Both the position numbers and the translations under genes were made by a program. The notes beneath the pieces were generated by a model. It searched no databases. It was not told where the DNA came from and worked only from the letters and a program-made list of their open reading frames with translations. Shown piece by piece: positions 37,943 through 48,214 of a stretch of DNA of 64,000 bases (the first letter of the stretch is position 1; every line of letters begins with the position of its first letter). The stretch is from an uncultured bacterium (GTDB taxonomy: Bacteria; Patescibacteriota; Minisyncoccia; Phycocordibacterales; PALSA-1337). The DNA is taken from assembly GCA_963848635.1 (NCBI GenBank), contig CAWKEA010000005.1, positions 426,810 through 490,809 of the forward strand, given 5' to 3'.

Positions 37943-39004
37943 TTATTTCTCAAGCCATTCAAAGACCTTTTCATTCGTGAGCACGGTGTCCGCATATATT
38001 TCCGCGCGCTCGCGATCGGCGTCTTTGTAATGTTCGACGATATGGTTGACCTCATCTGCCACTTCTTCTTTTGTCGGGCGGATGTTCTCTTTTTCCGATA
38101 GAGCGTTCAAGATGAGCTGGAGCTTCGCTTTCTTTTCCGCGTGCGGGCGCCATTCCGTTCGGAGATCTTCGATGGTTTTCTTTGCGTGATTCAGATAGTC
38201 GTCCAGCTTGAGCCCCATGCGCTCGATGTCTGCTTTGAATTGCGCCTCATTGCGGTCAAGCTCGCTTTCGATCATCATGTCCGGCAGATCCGCTTTTACT
38301 TTTTCTGACAGGCCGTCAGCGATAGCGATGCGCCGCTTCTCTTTTGCGAGATTCTTCTTGTCTTCGACGAGCATCGCTGAGAGCTTGTTCTTGAAGTCCG
38401 GGACATCGGTGAAATCGCCGATTGTCTTCACAAAATCGTCCGTCAGCTCCGGCATGCCGTCCGTGATGGCTTTATCATGCTCTTCTGCCGTCATCTTGTC
38501 GTGGTCATGCCCATCGTGCGAAGCGTGAGATTTCCTGATCCGCAGTATCGCGTCGTCGAGCTCTTTGTCGGTGACTTTTTCGTCGGCGGTCGGAAGCTTC
38601 TTCATCTCTGCATCGGCGATAGCCTTGCAATCAGGCAATTCGAGTTTCGGAACCACAGCCGTTATGATCGTGAAGTCGAGAGGGTTGTCGGCGGCGAGCT
38701 TGGTGATCTTGACCTCGGGGCGGCCGATCGCATCGATCTTCTCATTAGTGAGGATAGAAGGGTAGGCATTCGAGATTGCCAATTCAGCCATCTCCTCAAG
38801 GACCGTCATCTCGCCGATCTTTTGTACGAGAGTGGCCTCGGGCACCTTGCCTTTGCGGAAGCCATCGATGGTCACGCTCTCGTTGAGGTTCTTGAGCGCC
38901 GCGGCACGATAAGAGCCAAAAATCGCGACTGGCAAGGAAGCAGTTATCTCGATACGGCTCTTGTCGAGGCTTTTAATCGAAAAGTTTTCGTATGTTTTGT
39001 TCAT
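37943..39004 (-). CDS. tig: Trigger factor lacking the PPIase domain
   Basis: DGFRKGKVP ribosome-binding loop and C-terminal domain; only 353 aa. Confidence 0.9.
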   Translation of the reverse strand: MNKTYENFSIKSLDKSRIEITASLPVAIFGSYRAAALKNLNESVTIDGFRKGKVPEATLVQKIGEMTVLEEMAELAISNAYPSILTNEKIDAIGRPEVKITKLAADNPLDFTIITAVVPKLELPDCKAIADAEMKKLPTADEKVTDKELDDAILRIRKSHASHDGHDHDKMTAEEHDKAITDGMPELTDDFVKTIGDFTDVPDFKNKLSAMLVEDKKNLAKEKRRIAIADGLSEKVKADLPDMMIESELDRNEAQFKADIERMGLKLDDYLNHAKKTIEDLRTEWRPHAEKKAKLQLILNALSEKENIRPTKEEVADEVNHIVEHYKDADRERAEIYADTVLTNEKVFEWLEK

Positions 39005-39078
39005 GGTCTTTGAAGTCTAAGCGGTCGATAAAGAATTTGCAATTTTTTTCAAGTTTTCAGTTCTGTTCTTTAAGCGCG

Positions 39079-39393
39079 TTAACGATCAGTACTGCTTGCG
39101 TCTTGTGGATGGGTTTCGATTCTAGTCGTTGGATCGTCTGATCCGATGTTGTCCGTCGATGAAGCCGCCGCGGCGGTCGACGTCGAAATCGGCGCATGTC
39201 GGTAGATTATTATTTCTGTAGATGTCGCGTTTGCCGGCTTCTCTTGGTTTCCGCTCCATGCGTGCATCAAGAAATATAAAGCGCCCGCGATGAAGAGGAC
39301 AAGTATGATGAATATTCCGAACAGAGGGCCGATCTCTTGTTCGCGGCCTTTCACGACGTTCAATGGATCGTTTGTGTTATTTTCTGTGTCCAT
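39079..39393 (-). CDS. Small single-pass membrane protein
   Basis: One TM helix, S/T-rich tail. Confidence 0.55.
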   Translation of the reverse strand: MDTENNTNDPLNVVKGREQEIGPLFGIFIILVLFIAGALYFLMHAWSGNQEKPANATSTEIIIYRHAPISTSTAAAASSTDNIGSDDPTTRIETHPQDASSTDR

Positions 39394-39398
39394 GTTGT

Positions 39399-40085
39399 TT
39401 ATTGAGGCTGGTCGTTTGCACCAGTGATAGCCGATTCAAGGGAAACTTGTGCCGTATGGAGTGCTCTCAGAGCGGCATCGAGATATGCTTGCGGAAGCTG
39501 TAGATCGACCATTTTGGAAGGGCTCGTCGTATCAGGCTCATAATCAGCGAATGATGTAACTGCGGAATTTGCATTATCCACATCCGTTTCTGCCTCAAGC
39601 AATGCCGCTTGAGTCGATCCTGTGTCAGCTCTGTCTTTGCTTGAACTCGCGACAAAAGCGGCCAATTGTGACGTACGTTCATTCAGGCCGTTCTCGATTG
39701 CTGTCAGCTTTAGGACGATTACCGTCTTTTCTTCCTTAAATAAGCTTTCTGAAATAAAGACGGGCGAGCTCGAAGCGGTAATGTCAGAGGTAGAGGTGTC
39801 CGATGGAAAAATCACGGTAGGCACTGTGGAGGCAGTCTCCGATGGGATGACTCCACGACGCCAATTGAGAAGCTGATTCCTTTCGATGCTGTTGTTTTGT
39901 AGATTATCCCTTCGCGATTCGAATAGATCAGATACATGGTTTATGACGGGCGTCTGCCAAGAGAATATCCGCGATAGCCAGTCGGCTATTCCAGATGACG
40001 TCTCCGCGTTTGCGCACAAGGGCAAAGAGCATACGGATATCATAAAAGCATATGAGACGATATTTTTCAGGATAAGGCGGCTCAT
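39399..40085 (-). CDS. Secreted hypothetical protein
   Basis: Signal peptide, helical C-half. Confidence 0.55.
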   Translation of the reverse strand: MSRLILKNIVSYAFMISVCSLPLCANAETSSGIADWLSRIFSWQTPVINHVSDLFESRRDNLQNNSIERNQLLNWRRGVIPSETASTVPTVIFPSDTSTSDITASSSPVFISESLFKEEKTVIVLKLTAIENGLNERTSQLAAFVASSSKDRADTGSTQAALLEAETDVDNANSAVTSFADYEPDTTSPSKMVDLQLPQAYLDAALRALHTAQVSLESAITGANDQPQ

Positions 40086-40178
40086 GACATTATTTTATAT
40101 AAGTATAATGCATAAAACCAATACGGGCGATTTTATTCTGGAGCAGTCCTTCTGTTCCATTCTCTGATTTTGTGGCGC

Positions 40179-41333
40179 TTATCCTGCTTTAGCTGGGTTT
40201 ACATCTGGTTCGGCGATGATTGGTCCGCTCACGGGCTGTATATCTATCTTCCATCCGGTCAATTTTGCGGCCAAACGGACGTTTTGTCCGCCTTTGCCTA
40301 TCGCCAATGACTGTTGGTCTTCTGAAACTTTAACTGTGGCCTTCTTTTCTTCTTTGTTCAATTCTATCGAAACGACTTGTGCTGGAGAAAGGGATTCCTC
40401 AATAAAGCGGGCTTGGTCGTCGTTCCATTCAATGATGTCTATTTTTTCGCCTGCGAGCTCGCTCATGACCGTCGAAACGCGTACGCCGCGCTGGCCGACC
40501 ATCGAACCGATCGGATCGATATGAGAATCTTTTGACATGACGGCGACTTTCGATCGTGAGCCGGCTTCTCTTGCCACTGCTTTTATCTCGACGATGCCCT
40601 GAGCGATCTCAGGCGCTTCCATCTTGAACAGTTCGGCCAGCATGCCTGGGTGCGCACGCGAAAGCTTGAGGAGGATGCCGCGCGGGCTCTCTTCGACGGC
40701 ATAGAGATAGGCTCGGATGCGCTCGCCCTGCTTGTAGCGTTCGCTCGGAATCTGTTCTTCGTAGGGGATGATGCCCATTGCCCGTCCCATATCGACGAAT
40801 ATCGCGCCTCGCTCGATGCGTTGAACCGTGCCGGCGACTATCTCGCCTTGTTTCTGGCCGTATTCTCCGAGAACTGATACTTTCTCAGCTTCGCGGATCT
40901 TCTGGATGATGACCTGTTTCGCTGTTTGAGCGGCGATGCGGCCGTAGTCGCCCTTTATTTCAAGAGGGAATATTATCTCGTCGCCGAGAGCGGCGTCCTT
41001 CTTTATCCTTTTTGCGTCTTCGATAAAGATATGATGTTCGGGATTATAACGGACCTTTATGTTCTCCGTGTCCATGTTCTTCAGGTCCTGAGTGTCTTCT
41101 TCGTCTTCCATGATGACACTGTCCTTGTCGACGACTACTTTGACCTGGTAGAACTCTGTTTTTCCGCTGTTGATGTCGAAAACACAGCGGACGATCTGTC
41201 CTTTCTTGCCGTATTCCTTTTTATAGGCGGTAGCGAGGGCGAGCTCGATCGCTTCGATCATTTTTGCGCGCGGTATGCCGCGCTCTTCCTCGAGCTGGTT
41301 GAGGACGGAATTGAGAGTTTTTAGGTCAAACAT
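40179..41333 (-). CDS. nusA: Transcription factor NusA
   Basis: GRIAAQTAKQVI, AREAGSRSK, GEKIDII, LAIGKGGQNVRLAAKLTGWKIDI. Confidence 0.97.
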   Translation of the reverse strand: MFDLKTLNSVLNQLEEERGIPRAKMIEAIELALATAYKKEYGKKGQIVRCVFDINSGKTEFYQVKVVVDKDSVIMEDEEDTQDLKNMDTENIKVRYNPEHHIFIEDAKRIKKDAALGDEIIFPLEIKGDYGRIAAQTAKQVIIQKIREAEKVSVLGEYGQKQGEIVAGTVQRIERGAIFVDMGRAMGIIPYEEQIPSERYKQGERIRAYLYAVEESPRGILLKLSRAHPGMLAELFKMEAPEIAQGIVEIKAVAREAGSRSKVAVMSKDSHIDPIGSMVGQRGVRVSTVMSELAGEKIDIIEWNDDQARFIEESLSPAQVVSIELNKEEKKATVKVSEDQQSLAIGKGGQNVRLAAKLTGWKIDIQPVSGPIIAEPDVNPAKAG

Positions 41334-41536
41334 GGTTATTTAGTCTTAAAGCCCATAAAATCCTTTTCTCTTCCTGGCTTTTGATCTTAGGGACTGTCTT
41401 TTAAAAAAACGAGTTCGCTTGGGGCGAACTTCATGTGTCATCATCTTATACTGTAAAGCTTTTTTTGTCAATAAATCCGATAGTTATCCACACATCCTCA
41501 TTATGCGCGGGCCTGTTTTCTTGTACAATATGTGCA

Positions 41537-41860
41537 ATGTCACCTGCATTCACACAAACCATGCCGTCGGGTGAGCACTTTGGCCAATCGCGCCTAGCGA
41601 TGACCATCATAGGTCTCGTTGCTGTAGCCGCCGTTCTTGCTGTCATATTCATCTATCTCCAGAGCGGAAAAATTACCCAACCGCCTGTCATAGATCAGAG
41701 AGTCTCAGCAATCAACGCATCGCTAGCCAAGCTCGCAGAAATAGTACCGGCTTCGCAAACAAGCATAGAGGCTTCGTTGAAGCAACTTTCCTTGATGAAT
41801 TCGGCAAGAGCGAGTCAAAGTGAGATCAACCAGTCATTGAGCCAATTAAAAGCCAAGTAA
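41537..41860 (+). CDS. Small membrane-anchored hypothetical protein
   Basis: TM helix then SQ..I..SL..L repeats; start moved to MSPAF. Confidence 0.55.
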   Translation: MSPAFTQTMPSGEHFGQSRLAMTIIGLVAVAAVLAVIFIYLQSGKITQPPVIDQRVSAINASLAKLAEIVPASQTSIEASLKQLSLMNSARASQSEINQSLSQLKAK

Positions 41861-41875
41861 CATTATATAACCATT

Positions 41876-43213
41876 ATGAATATCAAAAAAGTCATTTCAT
41901 CGATTGGAGTCGGAGCAGGAGCAATTATCCTCGGTTTTGGACTTCAGTACACTCTGGCAAGTTGGACTGCTGCACCGTCGAATCCTCCCACAGGAAATGT
42001 GGCGGCTCCTATCAATGTTAGTGGCGGTGGGGAGAACGGTACGAGCGTATATGCTCAAGTAAAGACTGGTCTCCTTACTCTAGAGAACTTGGCTATTGTC
42101 AATCTGAATGTTGCGAGTGGAACTGTCACGACAGCCGGCAGTGTTCTAACCAATGATGGAAATGGGAATGCAAGTTGGATGGTGGCAAACTCGACGGGCG
42201 GGGCGACTTCTACATTGGTTTATATAAATCCTGTAGTTATTAGAGCAGGTATGGCACCTTATTATGGTAATTCATGTAATGGAGATGCTGTGACATCGAT
42301 GATATCTCTCCAACAATATGGAATTCCATCAACGGCCTCAGCCGTTATTCTGACTGCAGCAGGATTCGCAAATGAAGACGATAAGGGTGGTACCAGCCCA
42401 ACATTAGCTATTGTTGGACCAAACTCAAGTTCGTATTTTCTCCTCTACCAAGATTCAGGCTCAAGCAATCTTACTTCTAGTAATGAAGGTATATATCCAA
42501 TTATTAGTTCGAATGGTTTGCCGAATCTTGAATACACGGCGAGTAGTGGATGGAATTGCTATGGTATACAACTGGTAGGTTATGTTACTGGTAATGTCAA
42601 CTCCTCTTCAGGTGGCGGAGGAATACCAAACAATATAGTGGTGTTCAATACGTCGTCCAGCACATGGACCGTGCCGCCTGGGGTCACAAAAATCGATGTA
42701 CGGGTCTGGGGAGCCGGAGGGGGCGGAGGTAGTGCGAGCAATTGTAGTGGTGGAGGCGCAGGTGGAGGCGCAGGTGGGTACGGCGAATCTGTTCTTACAG
42801 TGACTCCCGGAACGCTTTATACTATTACTGTTGGAACTGGCGGAACTGGCGGAACTTCTGGTAATAACAATTCCACGGCTGGAACAGCTACTACTTTTGG
42901 AGCATCTGTAAGAGCTTCAGGTGGCGCAATGGGACCTAATGATTGTTATGCTACTGTAGCCTCCACCGTTGGTGGCGTTGCGGTTGCGACAATCGCCATA
43001 CCAGGCGGAATGGGAGGACCTGGCGGATCATATGGAGGATCAGGACAAGGGGGGTCTTCTCCAGAAGGTGGTCAAGGGGGCATATCCAGAGCAAACAACG
43101 GCTCTAGCGGATACGGTGATCCTGGTGTGGTTCCTGGTGGTGGTGGAGGCGGTGGCAATGGTGTTTCTCCGGGTGGAGCAGGGGCAAATGGGATGGTCGT
43201 AATCGAATACTAA
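41876..43213 (+). CDS. Secreted glycine-rich surface protein
   Basis: WTAAPSNPPTGNVAAPINV N-motif; WTVPPGVTKIDVRVWGAGGGGG...GANGMVVIEY glycine-rich domain. Confidence 0.8.
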   Translation: MNIKKVISSIGVGAGAIILGFGLQYTLASWTAAPSNPPTGNVAAPINVSGGGENGTSVYAQVKTGLLTLENLAIVNLNVASGTVTTAGSVLTNDGNGNASWMVANSTGGATSTLVYINPVVIRAGMAPYYGNSCNGDAVTSMISLQQYGIPSTASAVILTAAGFANEDDKGGTSPTLAIVGPNSSSYFLLYQDSGSSNLTSSNEGIYPIISSNGLPNLEYTASSGWNCYGIQLVGYVTGNVNSSSGGGGIPNNIVVFNTSSSTWTVPPGVTKIDVRVWGAGGGGGSASNCSGGGAGGGAGGYGESVLTVTPGTLYTITVGTGGTGGTSGNNNSTAGTATTFGASVRASGGAMGPNDCYATVASTVGGVAVATIAIPGGMGGPGGSYGGSGQGGSSPEGGQGGISRANNGSSGYGDPGVVPGGGGGGGNGVSPGGAGANGMVVIEY

Positions 43214-43232
43214 GGAAATTCTTTGAACACAC

Positions 43233-43260
43233 AAAAAACTCCGCCTCTGCGGAGTTTTTT
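43233..43260 (+). terminator. Rho-independent terminator
   Basis: AAAAAACTCCGC-CTCT-GCGGAGTTTTTT. Confidence 0.8.
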
Positions 43261-43320
43261 GTTGCCGGTTTCCCCTTTTCCCAAAAGGCAACCTGGCGTT
43301 TTCTTTGTTATACTAATCCC

Positions 43321-45069
43321 ATGTACATCGAGGACTCCCAGCTCAACAAATTCATCCTTGACTCCAGTCTCGTTTCAAAAGATGATCTCGATGCCGCCAA
43401 CAAGGAAGCCGAGAAAAAAGGCGTCCGAGTCGGCGAGGTTCTGGTAAAAAAAGGGAAGATCACGGAAGACAATCTGCGCAGGATGCAGGCATACGTTCTT
43501 GGCATCCCTTTTGTCGATCTCAAGACAAAAAAGATCCCTTTTGAAACGCTTTCGCTCATCCCCGAACCAGTCGCGCGAACGCACAATATTGTCGCCTACA
43601 AGAGAAACGATGACTCGCTCGAGGTCGCCATGCTCGATGTACAGGATCTGTCCGCCATCGATTTCATCAAAAAGAAAGTCAATCTCAAGGTATTGTCGCG
43701 TCTGACTGACGCGGAATCGATACGAAACGTCATCATTCAGTATCAAAAAAGCCTGAAGGCCGAATTCGGCGATATCATCCAAAAAGAGACCGATACATTG
43801 AAGACTATCACTGATGAGAGCGGGGAAGAGGCATCAGAATCGGATTTGAAGAAGATCGCCGAGGATCTGCCCGTAGTGCGCATCGTCGATACATTGCTCA
43901 AGCATGCCATACTTCAGAATGCATCTGATATACACATAGAGCCCATGGAGGATCAGCTTCTCGTCCGCTATCGCATCGACGGCATTCTCCGCGACGCCAT
44001 GGTTCTGCCGCGCAATGCCGAGGCCTCCATCAGCGCACGCATAAAAGTCCTTTCGAACCTGAAGCTCGATGAAAAGCGCTTGCCGCAAGATGGGCGGTTC
44101 AAGATAGATTCCAATGGGGAAAAAGTATCGTTCCGCGTCTCGATATTGCCGACATATTATGGCGAAAAGACCGTCATGCGCCTCTTGCGCGAGAACGTTT
44201 CGGGCTTCACTCTCGAATATCTCGGCTTTCATGGAGAAGGGCTCGAGCGCATCCACGAAGCAGTTAAGAAGACCACGGGAATGGTCCTGACCACGGGCCC
44301 GACAGGTTCCGGCAAGACGACGACTCTGTATACGATACTCGACATCGTCAACACGCCGAACGTCAATATATCGACCATCGAAGACCCGATCGAATACCAG
44401 ATGAAGCGCATCAATCAGACGCAAGTGCGGCCGGAGATAGGCTTTTCCTTTGCAGATGGATTGCGCACTCTCGTCCGCCAGGACCCCGATGTCATCATGG
44501 TGGGCGAGATACGCGACAACGAGACGGCGTCATTGGCGGTCAACGCGTCGCTCACGGGTCACTTGGTCTTGTCCACATTGCACACCAACAGCGCCGCCGG
44601 GGCGATGCCGCGTTTGATCGATATGAAAATAGAGCCGTTCCTTCTCGTGTCGACCCTCGACGTCATCATCGGCCAGCGTCTCGTGCGCAAACTGAACGAC
44701 AACAAGGAAAAATATTTCATGACCAAGGATGAGATCGCCGTTCTCTCGAAATCAGTCGACCTCGACCGGGTGTTGGCGGTGCTCAAGGCCGAAAAGATAG
44801 TAAAGCCGAGCGAGTCATGGGAAAAGATCCCGTTTTATAAGCCGGCAGGAGACAAGGAAGATGAAGGCTACAAGGGCCGCATCGGCATCCATGAAGTCCT
44901 CAAGGTCACCCAGACCATAAAAGAGCTCATCATCAAGAACGCCACTACCAACGAGATCGAGACGCAAGCCAAAAAAGAAGGCATGCTGACGATGTTCGAG
45001 GACGGGATATTCAAGGCAGTCATGGGGATCACCACGGTCGAGGAGGTCTTGCGCGTCGTCTCTGAATAA
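43321..45069 (+). CDS. pilB: Type IV pilus assembly ATPase (PilB/GspE)
   Basis: ASDIHIEP, GPTGSGKTT, TIEDPIEY, RQDPDVIMVGEIRD, TGHLVLSTLHTN. Confidence 0.93.
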   Translation: MYIEDSQLNKFILDSSLVSKDDLDAANKEAEKKGVRVGEVLVKKGKITEDNLRRMQAYVLGIPFVDLKTKKIPFETLSLIPEPVARTHNIVAYKRNDDSLEVAMLDVQDLSAIDFIKKKVNLKVLSRLTDAESIRNVIIQYQKSLKAEFGDIIQKETDTLKTITDESGEEASESDLKKIAEDLPVVRIVDTLLKHAILQNASDIHIEPMEDQLLVRYRIDGILRDAMVLPRNAEASISARIKVLSNLKLDEKRLPQDGRFKIDSNGEKVSFRVSILPTYYGEKTVMRLLRENVSGFTLEYLGFHGEGLERIHEAVKKTTGMVLTTGPTGSGKTTTLYTILDIVNTPNVNISTIEDPIEYQMKRINQTQVRPEIGFSFADGLRTLVRQDPDVIMVGEIRDNETASLAVNASLTGHLVLSTLHTNSAAGAMPRLIDMKIEPFLLVSTLDVIIGQRLVRKLNDNKEKYFMTKDEIAVLSKSVDLDRVLAVLKAEKIVKPSESWEKIPFYKPAGDKEDEGYKGRIGIHEVLKVTQTIKELIIKNATTNEIETQAKKEGMLTMFEDGIFKAVMGITTVEEVLRVVSE

Positions 45070-45190
45070 AGTCAAAACGCAAAACGCACAATGCAAAACT
45101 TACATCCAAAAGAGAAAAGTTCTAATACAGATTCAATCCAAGTTGCATCTACGTTTTGCACTTTGAGTTTTGAGTTTTACATGTAATCTT

Positions 45191-46411
45191 ATGCCAACAT
45201 TCATATACAAAGCAAAGAATTCGTCTGGAGAGTCTGTCAAAGGCGAGCGCGAAGCGGCAGACAAGTACGAGCTCTACAAGATTCTCAAGGAAGAAGGAAC
45301 CGATACGATTTCGGTTGAAGAAAAAAAGAATGGTGCATTTGGATTTTTGTCGCTTGGAATTTCGTTTGGCGGCAAAGTCAAGATGCAGGAAAAGATCACT
45401 TTTGCCCGAAATCTCGGTTTGATGCTCGAGGCGGGGCTTACCTTGACGCGCGCTCTTTCAGTCCTTGAACGGCAATCAAAGAACAAGAACTTTAAAAAAA
45501 TCATGAACAGCCTGATCGGGGACCTAGATAAAGGCATGAGCTTTGCGGATTCTTTGGGCAACTACCCAAAAGTCTTTCAGCCTATTTTCGTATCGATGGT
45601 CCATGCAGGCGAGCAAAGCGGAACCCTTGCGAAATCGCTCAAATCGGTGTCTGATCAGATGGACAGCACCTATACTCTGACGCGCAGGATCCGCGGCGCG
45701 ATGATATATCCGGGAGTGATCCTGACGGTCATGGTCGTCATCGGCGTGCTCATGCTAACGTTTGTTGTTCCGACACTCCTTTCGACGTTCGAAAGCTTTG
45801 GAGAAGCTCTGCCGCCGACGACACAATTCATCCTGGATCTCAGCAATATATGCCAAAGATACGGCATCTTCATCCTTGCCGCACTTTTTTTGATCAGTTT
45901 CGCATGGTATCGGTGGTCAAAATATCCGTCTGGGAAAAAAGTCATACACCTGGCTGTCCTCAAGATTCCTATAATCGGTCCTTTGGCTCAGGAAGTAAAT
46001 TCTGCACGTACCGCCAGAACGTTGTCGTCGCTTCTCCATTCCGGAGTAGATGTCGTCGAGTCTGTGTCGATAACCGCCTCTGTCATTCAAAATGTCTATT
46101 TCCGATCAGTCTTGAATGATGCCGAGGAAGCCATAAAAAAAGGGGATCTTATGTCAAAGGTGTTCGAGGCGAATGAAAAGCTGTACCCAGTGTTTTTTGC
46201 CCAGATGCTTGCTGTTGGCGAGGAAACAGGGAAAATGGATCAGATGCTCCTCAATGTCGCGGCGTATTACGAAGACGATGTTGACCAAAAAACGAAAGAC
46301 ATGGCTACGATCATCGAACCGATCATGATCGCCGTCATCGGAGCGGCGGTAGGTTTTTTTGCGATATCTATAATCTCGCCGATATATTCACTCGTAAATG
46401 TCATCCAATAA
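45191..46411 (+). CDS. pilC: Type IV pilus platform protein (PilC/GspF)
   Basis: AGEQSGTL, AMIYP, VGEETG, IIEP; start moved to MPTFIY. Confidence 0.92.
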   Translation: MPTFIYKAKNSSGESVKGEREAADKYELYKILKEEGTDTISVEEKKNGAFGFLSLGISFGGKVKMQEKITFARNLGLMLEAGLTLTRALSVLERQSKNKNFKKIMNSLIGDLDKGMSFADSLGNYPKVFQPIFVSMVHAGEQSGTLAKSLKSVSDQMDSTYTLTRRIRGAMIYPGVILTVMVVIGVLMLTFVVPTLLSTFESFGEALPPTTQFILDLSNICQRYGIFILAALFLISFAWYRWSKYPSGKKVIHLAVLKIPIIGPLAQEVNSARTARTLSSLLHSGVDVVESVSITASVIQNVYFRSVLNDAEEAIKKGDLMSKVFEANEKLYPVFFAQMLAVGEETGKMDQMLLNVAAYYEDDVDQKTKDMATIIEPIMIAVIGAAVGFFAISIISPIYSLVNVIQ

Positions 46412-48161
46412 TAACAACAAACGCCACGTTCCGTCTTCAGGATTCACTCTGGTTGAGGTCCTGGTCGGCACAGCCATTTTTCTCATCGTGGCGACTGCGG
46501 CCTATAGCGTGTTCGTCAGTCTTTTGAGACTAGCGAACGCCAGCCAGGCCGATGTTCTCGGCGTTGAATTGGCCGACGAACAATTTGAGATCATCCGCAA
46601 CATGCCGTATACGAATGTAGGTTTGACCGACGGCCTACCGCTCGGCGTCCTGCCTCAGACGCAGACTCTTGTGCGCGGCGGAGTTACTTTTACCGTGACT
46701 CTCGTCATACGCAACGAGAATCTTTCGACCTCGACAGTTCAGGCTTCGAGCAAATTGGTCGAAGTTGATGTGACCTGCAGTTCCTGCCAAGGTAGCTTCA
46801 CGCCTATTTCATTGACGGGCCAAGTATCTCCAGCCAATCTTCAGTCAGCAGGAATGGGCGGCGCGCTGACTATAAACGTATTCGACTCGAATGCTAATCC
46901 TGTCCAAGGGGCGACAGTGGTCATGCAAAGCACAGCCTCTTCGACCGTGACTGATACGGATACAACCGACGATAACGGCGTTCTCAGCATCATCGGCGTG
47001 CCCGCTGGCTATCAGACATACCGGGTGACTGCGAGCAAGTCTGGATATTCGACTGCAACCACAAGCCCCAATCTTACGATAGTCAATGGTCAGCTTACGA
47101 GCGCAAGTCTGGAGATAGACAAACTGAGCACTCTCACCATATCGAGCGTGTCGCCGACATGTTCGGCAGTGCCTAATTTCAATTTCAATCTGACAGGCAT
47201 AAAGACGTTCGCCGGCAATCCGTTGTTTTCGCAGAATCTCGCGACGAATGGAGCAGGGTCGCTTGTTTTGAATTCAATGATACCGGATACGTATACATTA
47301 CTTCCCATGAGCGGTTCAAGCTATGATATAAACGGCGTTGCCCCGTTCAGTCCATTTGTTCTCAATGCAGGCAGTTCACAGAATCTGCAATTGGTCGTCG
47401 TGCCTGCATCTGAAAACAGCCTCATGGTTTCAGTCAAAACATCTGCTGGTCTGCCGATTTCCGGTGCCAGCGTCACATTGACAGGCCCGAATGGCTATAA
47501 TCAGACGTTCGTCAGCGGCCAGGGCTATTTCGATCAAACGGATTGGTCACATGGCGCGACGCAACCCAATATTTTTTCTGATCCAAGCGCTTATGCATCA
47601 GGCAGTGGAGTTGATACGTCGACTTCGACAGGCACTATTCTTTTGTCTTGGTCTATTGGACCTAATCCGTATGGCACAAACGCGACCGGCACTCTCCAAT
47701 CTTCTATTTTTGATACAGGCACGACGAGCAACTTCTATGCCTTGAATTGGTCTCCATCAAGTCAACCCGTGCTCACAGGACAGACGCCGATACATTTTCA
47801 GTTTGCCACAGCCCCGAGCTCTACTGGGCCATGGAATTTTGTCGGACCCGACGGCACTCCTACGAGCTATTACAGCACTCCTGGAACCCAGATAAGCTTT
47901 CCAAACGGCGGCAATGAATTCGCCCGCTATATGCTTTTCATGACGACCCAGACTGCGACAGTCACTCCGAGCATCAATGATATCTCCTTTACATACACCT
48001 CAGGTTGTGTGCCGCCCGGCCAGGTTCTATTCCAGGGATTAGCAGGTGGATCTTCATATGTACTGAATATATCTAAGTCAGGATATACTACCTATACCTC
48101 CTCTCCCTTCACTGTCGTAAGCGGTTGGCAAAATCAGACAGTGCAATTGACCAATGGTTAG
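46398..48161 (+). CDS. Prepilin-type protein with carboxypeptidase-regulatory-like Ig repeats
   Basis: GFTLVEVLV class III signal; PVQGATV / PISGASV and SKSGY repeats. Confidence 0.85.
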   Translation: MSSNNNNKRHVPSSGFTLVEVLVGTAIFLIVATAAYSVFVSLLRLANASQADVLGVELADEQFEIIRNMPYTNVGLTDGLPLGVLPQTQTLVRGGVTFTVTLVIRNENLSTSTVQASSKLVEVDVTCSSCQGSFTPISLTGQVSPANLQSAGMGGALTINVFDSNANPVQGATVVMQSTASSTVTDTDTTDDNGVLSIIGVPAGYQTYRVTASKSGYSTATTSPNLTIVNGQLTSASLEIDKLSTLTISSVSPTCSAVPNFNFNLTGIKTFAGNPLFSQNLATNGAGSLVLNSMIPDTYTLLPMSGSSYDINGVAPFSPFVLNAGSSQNLQLVVVPASENSLMVSVKTSAGLPISGASVTLTGPNGYNQTFVSGQGYFDQTDWSHGATQPNIFSDPSAYASGSGVDTSTSTGTILLSWSIGPNPYGTNATGTLQSSIFDTGTTSNFYALNWSPSSQPVLTGQTPIHFQFATAPSSTGPWNFVGPDGTPTSYYSTPGTQISFPNGGNEFARYMLFMTTQTATVTPSINDISFTYTSGCVPPGQVLFQGLAGGSSYVLNISKSGYTTYTSSPFTVVSGWQNQTVQLTNG

Positions 48162-48214
48162 AGGACAAAATAAGGTACAATAATTCAATCAGACCGATAG
48201 TTTAGAACATAAAC

